DNA of 63,402 nucleotides from Octopus bimaculoides (GCF_001194135.2 NC_068994.1:43741119-43804520); one strand, 5' to 3'; positions 48,889 through 61,882 are shown, numbered from the stretch's first letter. The notes: generated from the letters alone by a model not told the origin. A program made the numbers and translations.

Positions 48889-49115
48889 AAAAAGGAGAGA
48901 GAGAGTGAGAAGCTTTTGTGTGCAAACAAAATACAAAGTAGCCAGTATAAGATGTAATTTTTTCTTTATTTATTAGAGGGCAGTTGATGACTCAATCCAT
49001 TCCAACTCAGGCTATCAGGTCATGTTCAATCAAAACAACATTGAGACTGAGAAGGCATCAATGCTTCATGCTATTTTGTTATCAGTGTGTATTTCATGAG
49101 TGTGCATTCATGCAC

Positions 49116-49175
<60 letters not shown>

Positions 49176-49266
49176 ATGTGTATGTGTACGTATGTACATG
49201 AGAATGCTCATCCTTTTTTATTTCCTCTGAAGATCAAAAACTCTTTACAAATATTCCACTACAATA

Positions 49267-49429
49267 GGCGTAGGAGTGGCAGTGTGGTAAGTAGCTTGGT
49301 TACCAATCACATGGTTCCGGGTTCAGTCCCACTGTGTGGCACCTTGGGCAAGTGTCTTCTACTATATCCTCGGGCCGACCAAAGCCTTGTGAGTAGATTC
49401 GGTAGATGGAAACTGAAAGAAGACCATCG

Positions 49430-49462
<33 letters not shown>

Positions 49463-49693
49463 TTATGTGTTTGTCCCCCCAACATCGCTTGACAACACAA
49501 CATCGTTACTTAGCAGTTCGGCAAAAGAGACCGATAGAATAAGTACTAGGCTTACAAAGAATAAGTCCTGGGGTCGATTTGCTCGACTAAAGGTGNNNNN
49601 NNNNNAATAAGTCCTGGGGTCGATTTGCTCGACTAAAGGTGGTGCTCCAGCATGGCCACAGTCAAATGACTGAAACAAGTAAAAGAGTAAAAG
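49267..49693 (+). mobile_element. full-length SINE family A copy
   Basis: ggcgtaggagtggcagtgtggtaagtagc...gttccgggttcagtccc...(TG)n...tgactgaaacaagtaaaagagtaaaa. Confidence 0.92.
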
Positions 49694-49717
49694 TGTAGCA
49701 CCATGTATAATGTCTTA

Positions 49718-49874
49718 AGCATACACTCACTCATGCTCTGTATCTGCATACTGTCACTTTTACCACTAGGACAACGCATTTGACCCTCTGAAATAACGAC
49801 CTGTGTAGTTCAGATGCTCGTTCTGCCCTTCTTTTCATTCCTGCTATGTTTTATTTCCCCAAATCTTATAATTC
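49718..49874 (-). pseudogene. dead duplicate of the exon-like segment at 50755-50911
   Basis: 157 nt, no indels, about 26 substitutions (manual count); in-frame TGA at 49810-49812; acceptor AG>GG, donor GT>GC. Confidence 0.4.
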
Positions 49875-50166
49875 CACTACATATAGCTAATTGCTCTTTT
49901 ATGCCTGTTGTTAATACTAGACATTTTGCAATAAACCATTTTGGAAACAACATTATCTAAAAGTGGTTTTACTTCTGATGCAAAACTTCTCAATTTCAAA
50001 TATTTATATCTAAATTAAATCACTTTTCCATAATTTTTTTTGTCAGAAGTGATTAAATCATGAGGAGTATTTATTAGCCATTCAAAAGCACACAAAACCT
50101 TTAGACAAGTACATTTCAAAATTTATGTTAGAACATTTTTGTTCAATAATATTCTGAACACCTGCT

Positions 50167-50369
50167 TTTTACTCTTTTAGTCTTTTACTTGTTCCAGTCA
50201 TTTGACTGTGGCCATGCTGGAGCACCGCCTTTAGTCGAGCAAATAGACCCCAGGACTTATTCTTTGGATGCCTAATACTTATTCTATCAGTCTCTTTTGC
50301 CGAACCGCTAAGTTACGGGGATGTAAACACACCAGCATCGATTGTCAAGTGATGATGGANNNNNNNNNN

Positions 50370-50412
<43 letters not shown>

Positions 50413-50547
50413 TATATACGACGGGCTTCTTTCAGTTTCCGTCTACCATATCCACTCACAAGGCTTTGGTCGGCCCGAGGCTATAGTAGAAGACACTTGC
50501 CCAAGGTGCCACGCAGTGGGACTGAACCTGGAACCATGTGGTTGGTA
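50167..50547 (-). mobile_element. SINE family A copy (5' end clipped)
   Basis: Near-identical to 13070-13487. Confidence 0.92.
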
Positions 50548-50773
50548 TGACAAAACAGGTGTCATAAAAGTTTTAGTTAAATTTCAGAACTTCTTACTTG
50601 TTAGAACCATTAACCCTCGGGTCTACTGAATTTTCTTTGATTAAATTTCTTAAACAATTAGTCTACTGATACACTGCATGTTCTACTCACTATTTTATAA
50701 GAACTATTTGTCATCTGTTGAGATATAGCGTCTTTCCCTCACTGATTCACTAGAAGCACACACTCATTCATAC

Positions 50774-50910
50774 TCTGTATTTGGATGCTGTCATTTCTGC
50801 CACTATGACAATAATCTTCACCCTCTGAAATAATGAACTGTGTAGTAGAGATGCTCCTTCTGCTCTTCTTTTCATCCCTACTAAGTTTTATTTTCCCAAA
50901 TCTTATAATT
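50774..50910 (-). CDS. candidate exon (IIRFGKIKLSRDEKKSRRSISTTQFIISEGEDYCHSGRNDSIQIQ), phase 2/1
   Basis: Acceptor gttagtttcacag|, donor CAGA|gtatga, single open frame of 45 codons; no partner exons identified. Confidence 0.3.
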
Positions 50911-51029
50911 CTGTGAAACTAACAGTATTTATATACATAAGCGCAAGCATGGGTGTGTTGTAATAATACATATATATATGTATGTATATATGCATATATA
51001 CACATATAAGATATAAACACATACACACG

Positions 51030-51080
<51 letters not shown>

Positions 51081-51083
51081 TAC

Positions 51084-51194
51084 TCTTTAACAAGACTTTG
51101 AAATTTTAGCCAACTAAGCCGTCATTGGACAGTTTGATGATGTCTGAGCTGGCCAAAACTTCAAAGTCACTGTCGATACAATTCTTGTTAAAGA
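51084..51194. repeat. inverted pair of degenerate hammerhead-family units
   Basis: 12-bp perfect IR tctttaacaaga/tcttgttaaaga; both arms homologous to 8845-8889. Confidence 0.65.
51128..51174 (+). ncRNA. degenerate hammerhead motif (C3U, G12A)
   Basis: GACAGU-UUGAUGA-UGUCUGAGCUGGCC-AAAA-CUUCAAAG-UC/ACUGUC; 6-bp stem I. Confidence 0.5.
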
Positions 51195-51315
51195 ACAATA
51201 AATATATACTCTACAAAAGTATGGAGTAACTCTTCAGATTAATGTAAAATCGTTTTTATTATAACTGAACATAAAAACAAAACACACAAACACACACACA
51301 CACACATACACACAC

Positions 51316-51346
<31 letters not shown>

Positions 51347-51543
51347 TGTATGTATGTATTATGTATACACATACACATATATATAAATTTTATTTCTTAT
51401 TAACCAGCAGAACCTACAAAGTGCCAAGAGTTTCATGCATTGGAATAAAACAAACTTCTGATTAATGATTAAAAAAATATTTATATTTCAAGTTTTATTT
51501 CCTTCTTGTATCACCAAACCTATGTGTGTGTATATATATATAT

Positions 51544-51585
<42 letters not shown>

Positions 51586-51675
51586 TATATATATATATAT
51601 ATATAATAAAATAATATATTAAATATATGATGATATAAGTTGCCCGTTAGCAGTTAAAACTTAAAGGCAAATTAA

Positions 51676-51995
51676 TAAAGGAGGGAACAAAATGTACCAG
51701 CATTGCTAGAAATAGGAGTCAAAACAACTCGAATAGCCACACAAGGCACTAACCACATGAGTTCACAAAATGCAAGGGAGCAAGCAAAATGCACCTTTCT
51801 ATGGTGAAATAAACTCACAGAATGAAGTAAACAGATATATTCAGATATATTTGTTTGCTTCACACATAGAAAGGTGTTTTTTTCTGCTTGCTCCCTCGCA
51901 TTTCATGAACTCATGAGGTTAGTGCTTTGTGTAGCCTTTCGAGTCATTTTGACTCCTATTTCTAGCAATGCTGGTACATTTTGTACCCTTGTTTA
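51676..51995. mobile_element. fold-back MITE, about 320 bp
   Basis: Arms gggaacaaaatgtaccagcattgctagaaataggagtcaaaa... / ...ttttgactcctatttctagcaatgctggtacattttgtaccc; centre acagatatat-tcag-atatattt. Confidence 0.85.
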
Positions 51996-52130
51996 TATAT
52001 GCACACATATACATATAAATACATATATACATGTGTCTATATATATATATATGTGTATGTATGGATGTATGTATGTATATATGCATATACATGCATACAT
52101 ACATATATACATGTGTCTATATATATGTAT

Positions 52131-52187
<57 letters not shown>

Positions 52188-52904
52188 ATGCACATACATA
52201 GGAGTGTGCATGCTTGTATATATTGCAACATGTATATGAGTGTACTTTAAAATCTCTGCTTGCATTTTTCTCATACATACCCACCACACTATCAATAGAT
52301 TGGATAAAAGGAGCAAAAATGAGTAAGCAACGTAAAAAAAAAAACATGATGTATGCATCATAGCTGAGGTGGCAAGTAATCCTTACTGCTCCTCCTCCTC
52401 CCACTCCTCATCCTCCACCCTTCTCCATTTATCTGCCCCTCTCTCTCTCCGCCTTCCTTTGTACCATGTTTGCCACTGACATGCATAGCACAAGTTTTGT
52501 CCATGCAGTTGATGCTATAACTCTTATAAGACTATTTATAGAAATAGCCAATCACATTTTATACAATATTGACTGACCAATGACTATGTTCAAGAGTGTG
52601 ATCAATAATGTTGGCACCATGCATCCCAGACTCTGTAGCATAAATTCTGACCAGTGTTATTATATTTTTCTCTTTCGCCACAACTACCACCCGCATTTTT
52701 TGTGGCTGTTATTGTTGTTGTCCTTTTTGTTGTTGTTCTTGTTGTTGTCATTGTCTCTGTTGTGGGGGGGTTTTTTTGCATTTTTTATTTATTTATTTAT
52801 TTATTTTTTGTTTTGTAAGAATTTGTGTTGAAAGAAAATAGATTGCCATCACACCAGCTATGTTATTAACACTGGCACCAAATGTCTAAAATGTTTTGGT
52901 TATG

Positions 52905-52992
52905 ATTGGATTACATGCACACACACACACACACACACACACATGCACACATGCACACATGCACCACATACACACACATACTCAGACCCATG

Positions 52993-53023
<31 letters not shown>

Positions 53024-53235
53024 CCATGCACATACACACACACACACACACACGCATACACACACACACACCCATGCACACACACACTCATGCACACATG
53101 CACCACATACACGCACTGGGATCCATGCACGCATACACACATATGCACACACAGAAACATACACACACATACTCACAGACCCATGCACACACACACAGAC
53201 CCATGCACATACACACACACACACGCATACTCGTA
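52905..53235. repeat. (CA)-derived minisatellite with recurrent agacccatgcac units
   Basis: Directly visible. Confidence 0.85.
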
Positions 53236-53639
53236 AAACAATGAACACAAAAAGTTAAAATTGATATAATAAAAACGAATATAAAATATGCCAATTATTG
53301 TATACCCATCATAAATGAATAAATGTTTGTCAATATAAACCAATAGGCAAACTTTTGATCTGTGAAAAACTACATATATATATATCTATAAACAATTCTT
53401 AAATAATGTATTCTTACTCAATTGACAATATTGACATTCTTTATAGATAAATAATATCACCATAAAAGATATTATTGCTATGGACTGCTGTGGGTTTCAT
53501 GATCCTGCAAATTTGATATCGCTATCAGTAGATCTTTTATTTTGAATTGTTTCAGATGATCATATCAATGTTTCTCTCCATTGAACAATGCATATCATTC
53601 AGGGTGTAACTCACATTTTTATTGCCATTAATGACTATA

Positions 53640-53790
53640 TCCGACACGGTTGTGTGGTTAACAAGTTTATTTTACAACTTAGTGGTTTCGAGTTTGATTC
53701 CACCACACAGCGCCTTAAGCAAGTGTCTTCTACTACAGGCTTGCATCAACCAATACTTCATAGATTTATATTTGCTGGATAGAATTTCAC
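53640..53790 (+). mobile_element. SINE family A-related head, diverged
   Basis: ggttgtgtggttaacaag...gtttcgagtttgattcc...ttaagcaagtgtcttctacta. Confidence 0.65.
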
Positions 53791-53814
53791 CAAAGGGACT
53801 GGTTTTTTCCTTAA

Positions 53815-54024
53815 TCCTTTAGTATTTAGATTTCTTTGACAAATGTGATGCTTATTTATTCACATTGTTTTGACTTAATCATACATTATCTTGTAGCTTC
53901 AAGATTTCAATGGTGTGTTTGTTTATTTTTATAATGACATTGGAGGGTAGATGTGACTGGTCAGTTTTAACATAAAACAGATAGAATATTTGGGAAGGAT
54001 ATGGTTGGTTTAAATGCTAAAGGG
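53815..54024. mobile_element. piggyBac-like MITE (family 1) with TTAA target duplication
   Basis: ttaa|tcctttagta...tgctaaaggg|ttaa. Confidence 0.8.
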
Positions 54025-54109
54025 TTAATTTCTCATTCCTTATAACACAGGTACTTTAGCTGAATCTGATTTGTTAAATGCCTTTGAATCAGGTATCTAG
54101 TCTCATCAT

Positions 54110-54300
54110 CACCATTATCATTGTTTTAACATCCACTTTTCTATACTTGTATGGGTTGGATGCAATTTATCAAGGCAGATCTTTTATAATCAGATGTTCT
54201 TTCTGTTGCCAACCCTTATTTGGTTTGCAGTAAAATAAATTTTCCCTTTGACCAGATATGTTTCCTTGTTTCCTTGGTAAAGTTGAAATGAATGACATGC
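54110..54300 (-). mobile_element. retroposon family D-related fragment
   Basis: catcattgttttaacatccacttttctatacttgtatgggttggatg...ttgccaaccc. Confidence 0.6.
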
Positions 54301-54821
54301 TCGTATGACTGAGAATTGTTTGTAATTATCATACAACAGTCAATTTTCAACCAGTACTTATTTTACTGACTCTGAAAGGATAAAAGGTGAAGTTGACCTC
54401 AGTGGAATTTGAACTCAAAAGTAAGGCCAAATGAAATGCTTTTAAGCATTTTGTCTGTCCCAATTACAATTCTGCCATTTCAATACCTTACCATAAAGAA
54501 ATAGTGCCATCAAATCAAATTTGGTTTCAAAATTCACATCTTGGAGGTAGCTGTGTATACATTTTTATACACTACTTGACAAAAGAGGGAGCCCCTATGT
54601 GATTGCTTAATATGCTAGAAATAGGAACCAAGTGAAAGTTTTCTCACATCATACACTAGTGTCTTTAAATGAATTAAAAACACATTGGATAATATCATCC
54701 CTAGATATACCATCTCAATAACTGAATATTAATAGCTGATCATGTCTCTGAATTTGGACATGTTTACTTGATAAAGGTAGCCTAGGGGCTAGACAGCTAT
54801 ATTAACAACTACAATAATAAG

Positions 54822-55030
54822 TCTTTCTACTATAGGCACAAGGCCTGCAATTTTGGGAGAGGGGTAAGTCAATCACATCAACTCCAGTAGTTGACAGGTA
54901 CTTAAAGTATTGACCCCAAAAGGAGGAATTCAAAATTGACCTCAGCAGAATTTGAACTCAGAACATAGACAAATGAAATACTGCCAAGCGTTTCACCCAG
55001 CATAACAAATATCAGAAAGTAGTTCCATCA
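54822..55030 (-). mobile_element. SINE family B-related copy
   Basis: tctttctactataggcacaaggcctg...gacctcagcagaatttgaactcagaac. Confidence 0.8.
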
Positions 55031-56060
55031 AAGGCCTCAAGTTTGTGTTTTTGTGCCAATGTTTATAATCCTTCATTTGCTTACATTGGTAAAAGCAATA
55101 TACACACAAACACACACATGTATATGTAATCATGTTGTGGAGGAGTACATTTATATAGAGTAGATAAACAGGTGTAGACAGACAGATAAAGAGAGAAAGA
55201 TAAATGGACAGATAGAGATAGTCAGATATCAAGAAGCAGACAGAAAGATAAAGACAGATATAGACTAGATTGACAGAAGAATAGACAGACAGATAATAAG
55301 ACAGATAGAAAGATAGATAAAGTGATAAATGGCCTATAGTGAAAGATATTAGACCAAGGCACCATGCAGTGGGATTGAACCCAGAACCACGTTCTTGTGA
55401 AACAAATACCTTAACCAGAAAGTCACGACCATGCTCCATGTCTTGCTCTTATGTAACAAAATTGATATACGTTGATAAATTTAAAAAAAAAACTCAAGTT
55501 ATATTAACAATAATATATTTTAATTAATGTCTTGGGAAGGTTACATGATAACATGTCATAATAAAGAAAGTTTACAGCAGTTGCTAATGGAACCAATAGT
55601 TTTAAATATAGCAATCTCTCAAAGGTACAGAAAAGATATAAATATTTGCAAACATCTTGCCTGCAATTGGAATGTCCAACAATTCCTCTTTAATCTCGTC
55701 AGCAACATGATTTCACTTTAGTATTTACCATATTTTGACGCTAAAACACAGAAAACAACTGAAAGTTAAATATAAAGCTAAAAACAGCAGTTTGGTTACA
55801 AAATTGAATATGTACATACGTATATATTATATGAATTATATATTAAATAAATATATGTATGTATGTGTGTGTGTGCACGGATGTATGTGTGTGTGTGCAC
55901 GGATGTATGTATGTATGTGCATGGATGTATGTATGTATGTATGGAGGGATGGATGTGTGCGTATGAAGATCTGATTTCAAGAGTGTGTGTGGATGTATAC
56001 AGTATGTATGTGTAATAAATATCAATGTATATACATGCATATATATATATATATATACAC

Positions 56061-56117
<57 letters not shown>

Positions 56118-56669
56118 CACATACATATACTAATTTTCTAAGTGTATGCATGTGTACTATCCATATATGTGTGTGTGTGTGTTTTCTAAAGTTGGCACAT
56201 GGCCAGCAAACATTTTGGTGGAAGTTACTGTCAATCAAGTCAACCTAAGCATTTGATTGAGACTTGGAATATCGACCATAGCAAAATGAAAGTTGAACTC
56301 AAAACCATTTGAAGTCAGAACATGATGATATGTAACCTGATATCACCATGCATTTCAACCAGTATTGAATCAAATCTGTTACCCACCCCATGCTTACAAA
56401 TATGTGTTTGTGTGTGTGGAGGGAGAGAGAAAGAGATAGGAGAGGTAATGTATATATAGATATATGTGTGTTGGGGTGTGCATGAATGCATATGGCCAAG
56501 TGGTTACAGTGTTGTGCTCAGAATCGCATGATCATGGTTTCAATTACAGACTGCCAGTGCATTGTGTTTTCGAGCAAAAAAAAACACTTCGTTTTATGTT
56601 GCTCCAGTTCATTCAGCTGTAAATGTGCAATCCTTTGGCAGATTGGTGTTATTTTGTTCAGCATGGAGA

Positions 56670-57345
56670 CAGGTAGGGGGGGAGTAGGTGAATGGAGGGT
56701 AGGAAGAGGCAGAGGAGGGGAGGAGGAGGGGAGGAGGAGTAGGTGAATGGAGGGTAGGAAGAGGCAGATGAGAAGAGGAGTGGAGGAGGGGAGGAGGAAG
56801 GAGGAGGAAGGGGAGAAGATGGAGGGAGGGAGGAGNNNNNNNNNNNNNNNNNNNNNNNNNNNNNNNNNNNNNNNNNNNNNNNNNNNNNNNNNNNNNNNNN
56901 NNNNNNNNNNNNNNNNNNNNNNNNNNNNNNNNNNNNNNNNNNNNNNNNNNNNNNNNNNNNNNNNNNNNNNNNNNNNNNNNNNNNNNNNNNNNNNNNNNNN
57001 NNNNNNNNNNNNNNNNNNNNNNNNNNNNNNNNNNNNNNNNNNNNNNNNNNNNNNNNNNNNNNNNNNNNNNNNNNNNNNNNNNNNNNNNNNNNNNNNNNNN
57101 NNNNNNNNNNNNNNNNNNNNNGGAGGAAGGAGGAAGAGAAGAAGCAGGAAGGAGAAGGAAGAGAAGATGGAGGGAAGGAGGAAAAGGAAAGCGAGTAGAC
57201 AGAGGGAGGAGAAGGGGAAGAGGAGGAGAAGGGGGAAAGAGGAGGGCAGGGAGGAGGAGGAGAGGAGGAAGGTGAGGGGGAAGAGAGGCAGAAGAGGTAG
57301 AGGAGAAGGAGGGGGAGATGGGAGGGGGGAGAGGAAGGGAACAGG
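56670..57345. repeat. purine-rich (GGA/GAA) low-complexity tract with gap
   Basis: Directly visible; includes duplicated gagtaggtgaatggagggtaggaagaggcag. Confidence 0.85.
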
Positions 57346-57679
57346 GTCAACAATGCTGTTATCATAGTAATTTCATTGAAAATAACAGCATGAAGCATAT
57401 GAACATTTGAATGGAAAAGGTCACTTGTAAGCCTTTTTGGGAAAGGTTCTATGCCAGTTCTTAACCCCAGTTATTTTGTGAGAAACGGACAAGAATGAAT
57501 AATTCTTTGGACAGTCCAACACAAGATGTCAAACACTTTTTTCTGTTATATTGCCTAGTGACAGTAGTAATTTTACTGCAACAGGAAAACCATTTTATCC
57601 ATACAAGATTTCTGTGTATCAAATGACTTGGAAAAGGAGTAAAATGGGAAAAGGAAATTCTATACTATATCGGTGCAGG

Positions 57680-58400
57680 TCTGACTATGAGGTAAAGAAG
57701 CTAGTTTTGCATCCGTGTGGTTTCAGGTTCAATCCCACTGCATGGTGCCTGGAACAAGTGTCTTCTCTTATAGCCATGGGACAACCAATGCCTTGTGAAT
57801 GAATTTTATGGACAGAAACTGAGGAAGCCCATCGTATACATGTGTGTGTGTGTATGTGTACGCTTGTATGTGTATATGTGGTGGTATGTCTTTATGTGTG
57901 TGTTATTTCTTTACTACCCACAAGGGGCTAAATATAGAGGGGACAAACAAGGACAGACAAATGGATTAAGTCGATTATATCGACCCCAGTGCATAACTGG
58001 TACTTATTTAATCGACAACGAAAGGATGAAAGGCAAAGTCGACCTCAGCAGAATTTGAACTCAGAACGTAGCGGCAGATGAAATACCGCTAAGCATTTTG
58101 CCCAGCGTGCTAACGTTTCTGCCAGCTCTCCGCCGTATGTGTGTATGTGTGTGTGTGCATGTCTCTGTATGCATATGTGTGTGTGTACCTGTGTTTGAGT
58201 CAGTGTTTTCCCCCCAACTCGACAACCAGTGTTGGGTTTGTTTACATCCCTTGTAACTTAGTGGTTCAGCAAAAAGGACTGACGAAATAAGAACCACACT
58301 TAAAAATAAGTACAAGGAATGATTCTTTTGACTAAAACCCTTCAAGCTTGTGCCCTAGCATGGCTGCAATCCAATGACTGAAACAAGTAAGAAAAGAAAA
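57680..58400 (+). mobile_element. SINE family A copy split by a nested family B insertion
   Basis: Head 57680-57900, tail 58135-58400. Confidence 0.75.
57904..58134 (-). mobile_element. full SINE family B copy, nested in the microsatellite of a family A copy
   Basis: tatttctttactacccacaagggg...taacgtttctgccagctctccgcc. Confidence 0.92.
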
Positions 58401-58919
58401 AAAGGTAAGATAATTCCAGCTGCTTATGGGGTTACTTATTGCTTCCAGATAAAATACTTATCATTGTGAGGAAAAAATATATGCCAATCCACCTATGACA
58501 AACCCTGCTTTTATTACACAAATTTCCTATGTTAAATTGATATAAATTAAAACCGTCCACCACTAGGTTACTTTATGTCCCAAATATCAGCTTAACAATA
58601 ATTTTATTTTAATTTTTTTTTAGAAATTTGTCTTAATTTTCAAAATTAATTAAAACAAAAAGCAGTGTTTTTCAACTGAAACATGGTAACAAAAGTGTTA
58701 ATGTAGTTACAAGAGATTTTGGTGAAAAACATAGATTTATTGAACTGAATTACTCTTACATACAGCCATACATTAATGAATAAATAATGCACAGATATAA
58801 ATAATAGTTTTAATTAAATATTTAACCCAGTCAGGTGTAGACTTGTGATCATGGAACAGAACATCCTGCTTCAGTTTTCATGGTTTGCAGTAACATATAT
58901 CAAAGTAAACAGCTTAAGT

Positions 58920-59304
58920 ATATGATGAGGATGATGATGTCGACGATGATGATGTTGATGTTGACGACGATGAGGAGGAGGAGGAGGAGGAGAAGGAAGT
59001 AGATGAGAAGGAGGAAGAGAAAGTGAAGGAGTGGATGAGGGAGAAGAGGAGGAGAGGACAAGGAAGAGGAGGGGAAAGAGGAAGAGGAAGAGGGGGAGAG
59101 AGAAAGGAAGAGGAGGAGGGGGAAGAAGAGGAAAAGGAGAAGAGGAGGGGAGGAAGGGGAGGAAGATTATGTGAAGATGAAATGAGGATGAAAAAATGAA
59201 GGGGAAGGAGGCGGAAGTGGGAGATGAAAAGGTCAACAACAAAAACAATGACAAGGGTAATGATGATGCCACAGATGCTAATGATGCCAATGCTGTTGCT
59301 GCTC

Positions 59305-59335
<31 letters not shown>

Positions 59336-59380
59336 TGCTGCTGAGGATGATGATGTTGATGATGCTGATGATGATGATTA
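58920..59380. repeat. (GAT)n/(GAG)n low-complexity tract
   Basis: Directly visible. Confidence 0.85.
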
Positions 59381-59918
59381 GTCCCAGCTAGCTCTAACCA
59401 AGTAGACTTATCTATGATCAAAGACATTCCAGCCAGGACCATCTTTTTTTTTTGTGGGTTTATGTAAGACTACATTATCCAATGTTATCATTTCTTATTT
59501 TTCAGAAAGTAAGCTATGGTGTGTCTTGGGAAGGTCATTACATCAATAATAATAAACACATGCACTGGTTCAATATCACTTCTTTATTGTTACTCAGTCA
59601 GTTAAGTATCTAACCAACTATGTTATCATTTGTTCAATGTGGTGGTCATTTATGTCCCAACCTCATCAATGACATAACCACTCTCTTCAAGGTCTAAACA
59701 ATCAGTTTATTAATTGGTTAAATATTCAACTGATTGACTAACAATAAAGAAGTGATACTGAGCCAGTATGTATGTGTTTATTATTATTATTGGCAAAATG
59801 ACCCTTTCAAGACACAAGATTCATTTCACACACAAATTTATATCAAACCAAATGAAAAAAAAAAAATTGAGAAAGCAAGCTGTGGTTTGAGGGCCATTTG
59901 GCTGCTGTTCCCGTTTAT

Positions 59919-60122
59919 TGATAATAATTGATGAGGATTTGGCAACGTCTTGATTTCCATTTGTTTGTGCTTATACATATTGTGTTTTTTTAACTTATGA
60001 TACACACACATATTTGTGTGTGTGTGTGTGTGTGTGTGATAAATTAAAAAAAAACACAATATATAGGCACAAACCAATGGAAAACAAGACGCAAAAGGTT
60101 GCCAAATTCTCATCAGTTATCA
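59919..60122. repeat. fold-back palindrome with (CA)n/(TG)n centre, about 204 bp
   Basis: tgatgaggatttggcaac...gtcttgatttccatttgtttgtgc vs gcacaaaccaatggaaaacaagac...gttgccaaattctcatca; axis about 60012. Confidence 0.8.
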
Positions 60123-60169
60123 TCCAAAGGATCTTTTCAACTTCGTGTATAAATGTTTGTGTATATGTG

Positions 60170-60350
60170 TTTATGTTTATGCTTGCTACCCCCATCCCCC
60201 ACTGCTTGATAACCGGTGTTGATTTGTTTACATTCTCATAACTTAACAGTTCAGCAAAAAGAGACCAATAGAATAAGTGCGTGACTTAATCATTAGTGCA
60301 GAGTCCAAAGGTTTTATGGCTGCAGTCCAATGACTGAAACAAGTAAAAGA
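60170..60350 (+). mobile_element. SINE family A 3' part
   Basis: cccccactgcttgataaccggtgtt...gcagtccaatgactgaaacaagtaaaaga. Confidence 0.75.
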
Positions 60351-61676
60351 TTTTAAAAAAATTTTTTTTTGCTCTCTTTTAACTACATTTCCACTATTCA
60401 GAGGGAATACAGAAGAAAAAATGCAGTTTAGGGGCATCATGTTTGAAATTACATCCTGTCAATGTTGACTTAGATTGTTGTATATAAAAAGAGCTACAAG
60501 TCTGGTAGGAGGACCAAGCTATTGCATTGACAATATCTACACTTGCTACAAGCACCCTTCAGTTCTTATCAAGCCTCCAATCTGTTTACATTAAAGAAAA
60601 TCAGTAGAATCATTCACTTGAATAAACATTCTCAGCTTCAGTTAACAACCATAAAAATAAGACATTAAATATTCCTAAAATATCTTCCAAATATTTCATT
60701 TGATGAAAGATTATCCCTTACAAAATTTTTCTGTATGTTATTATTCCTCCTAAATTGTTGCCATTTACTTGCTAATGCTTCTTCCTATCTCCACATAGCC
60801 CTAGAAACATGGCTGAAATATCTGCTTGGTTTCTTAGTTTTAATGACAATAAAACTGGTGTCAACACATTTTATCATCAAAAACAAGAGAACGCCAAGTA
60901 AATAAGTGTAAGCTTTGCAGGGAATAAACATAAAGAGAAAGAGAGGAGGAGACAAAGAAAGGAAAGAGACAAAGAGTGATAGAGAGAGAAAGTGCAAGAA
61001 ATTGTGCAGGAGAGAGAGGGTGTGTAAGGGAGAGTAGAAAGAGAAAGAGAGAGAAAATATCAGTTTATTTATTGGATATCTTTACACTTAATGATCAGTT
61101 CCATCTATTTACATGAAAGCACTGTATTTGAACATTTTCTTTTTAGATCTACGTACTTCATTTCCATTATATATATTTCTTCTCATCAGTTAGCATTAGC
61201 CAAAGACAATAAACAAACAGCTACAGACTAAATATAAAAATAAAAACCTATACAATATCTCTAATCAATAACAGCCAATGATATGTAATGCATTTATTAA
61301 ACAAATATAAAAACTATTTCTTGTCAATAACGTAGTGAAGAATGTAAGATAGGTTTTATTATATTCTTCGTCATCACCATAATAATTGCTATAATCACTA
61401 TAATCATCATCATCGTCACCTTAATACCAACTCCCATCATTCCATACTTAACTATCACCAACATTATCAGTCTTGTTACTGTTGTTTCCTCTTACAGTTA
61501 TTACCATAGTCCACACCAGGGAATGCTCACACATCTTTTTGCAATATTTCACCCGCATTCATATTTCAAATCTACCCCCTGAAAATGTCACTAAAGTCAT
61601 GATATAAAACATAAAAAAACAAAAAAAATTCATGCCTTAAGACCAAAACATTAATTCAATATAACCTATCTGCAAA

Positions 61677-61882
61677 GTGGCATGTTGGCAGAATCGTTAG
61701 CATGCCGGGCGAAATGCTTAGCGGTATTTCGTCTGCTGCTACGTTCTGAGTTCAAATTCCGCTGAGGTCGACTTTGCCTTTCATCCTTTTGGGGCTGCTA
61801 AATTAAGTACCAGTTACACACTGGGGTTGATTACATCGACTTAATCCCTTTGTCTGTCTTTGTTTGTTCCCTCTATGTTTAG
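61677..61882 (+). mobile_element. SINE family B copy
   Basis: ggcagaatcgttagcatgccgggcgaaatgcttagcggtatttcg...ccctctatgtttag. Confidence 0.9.
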
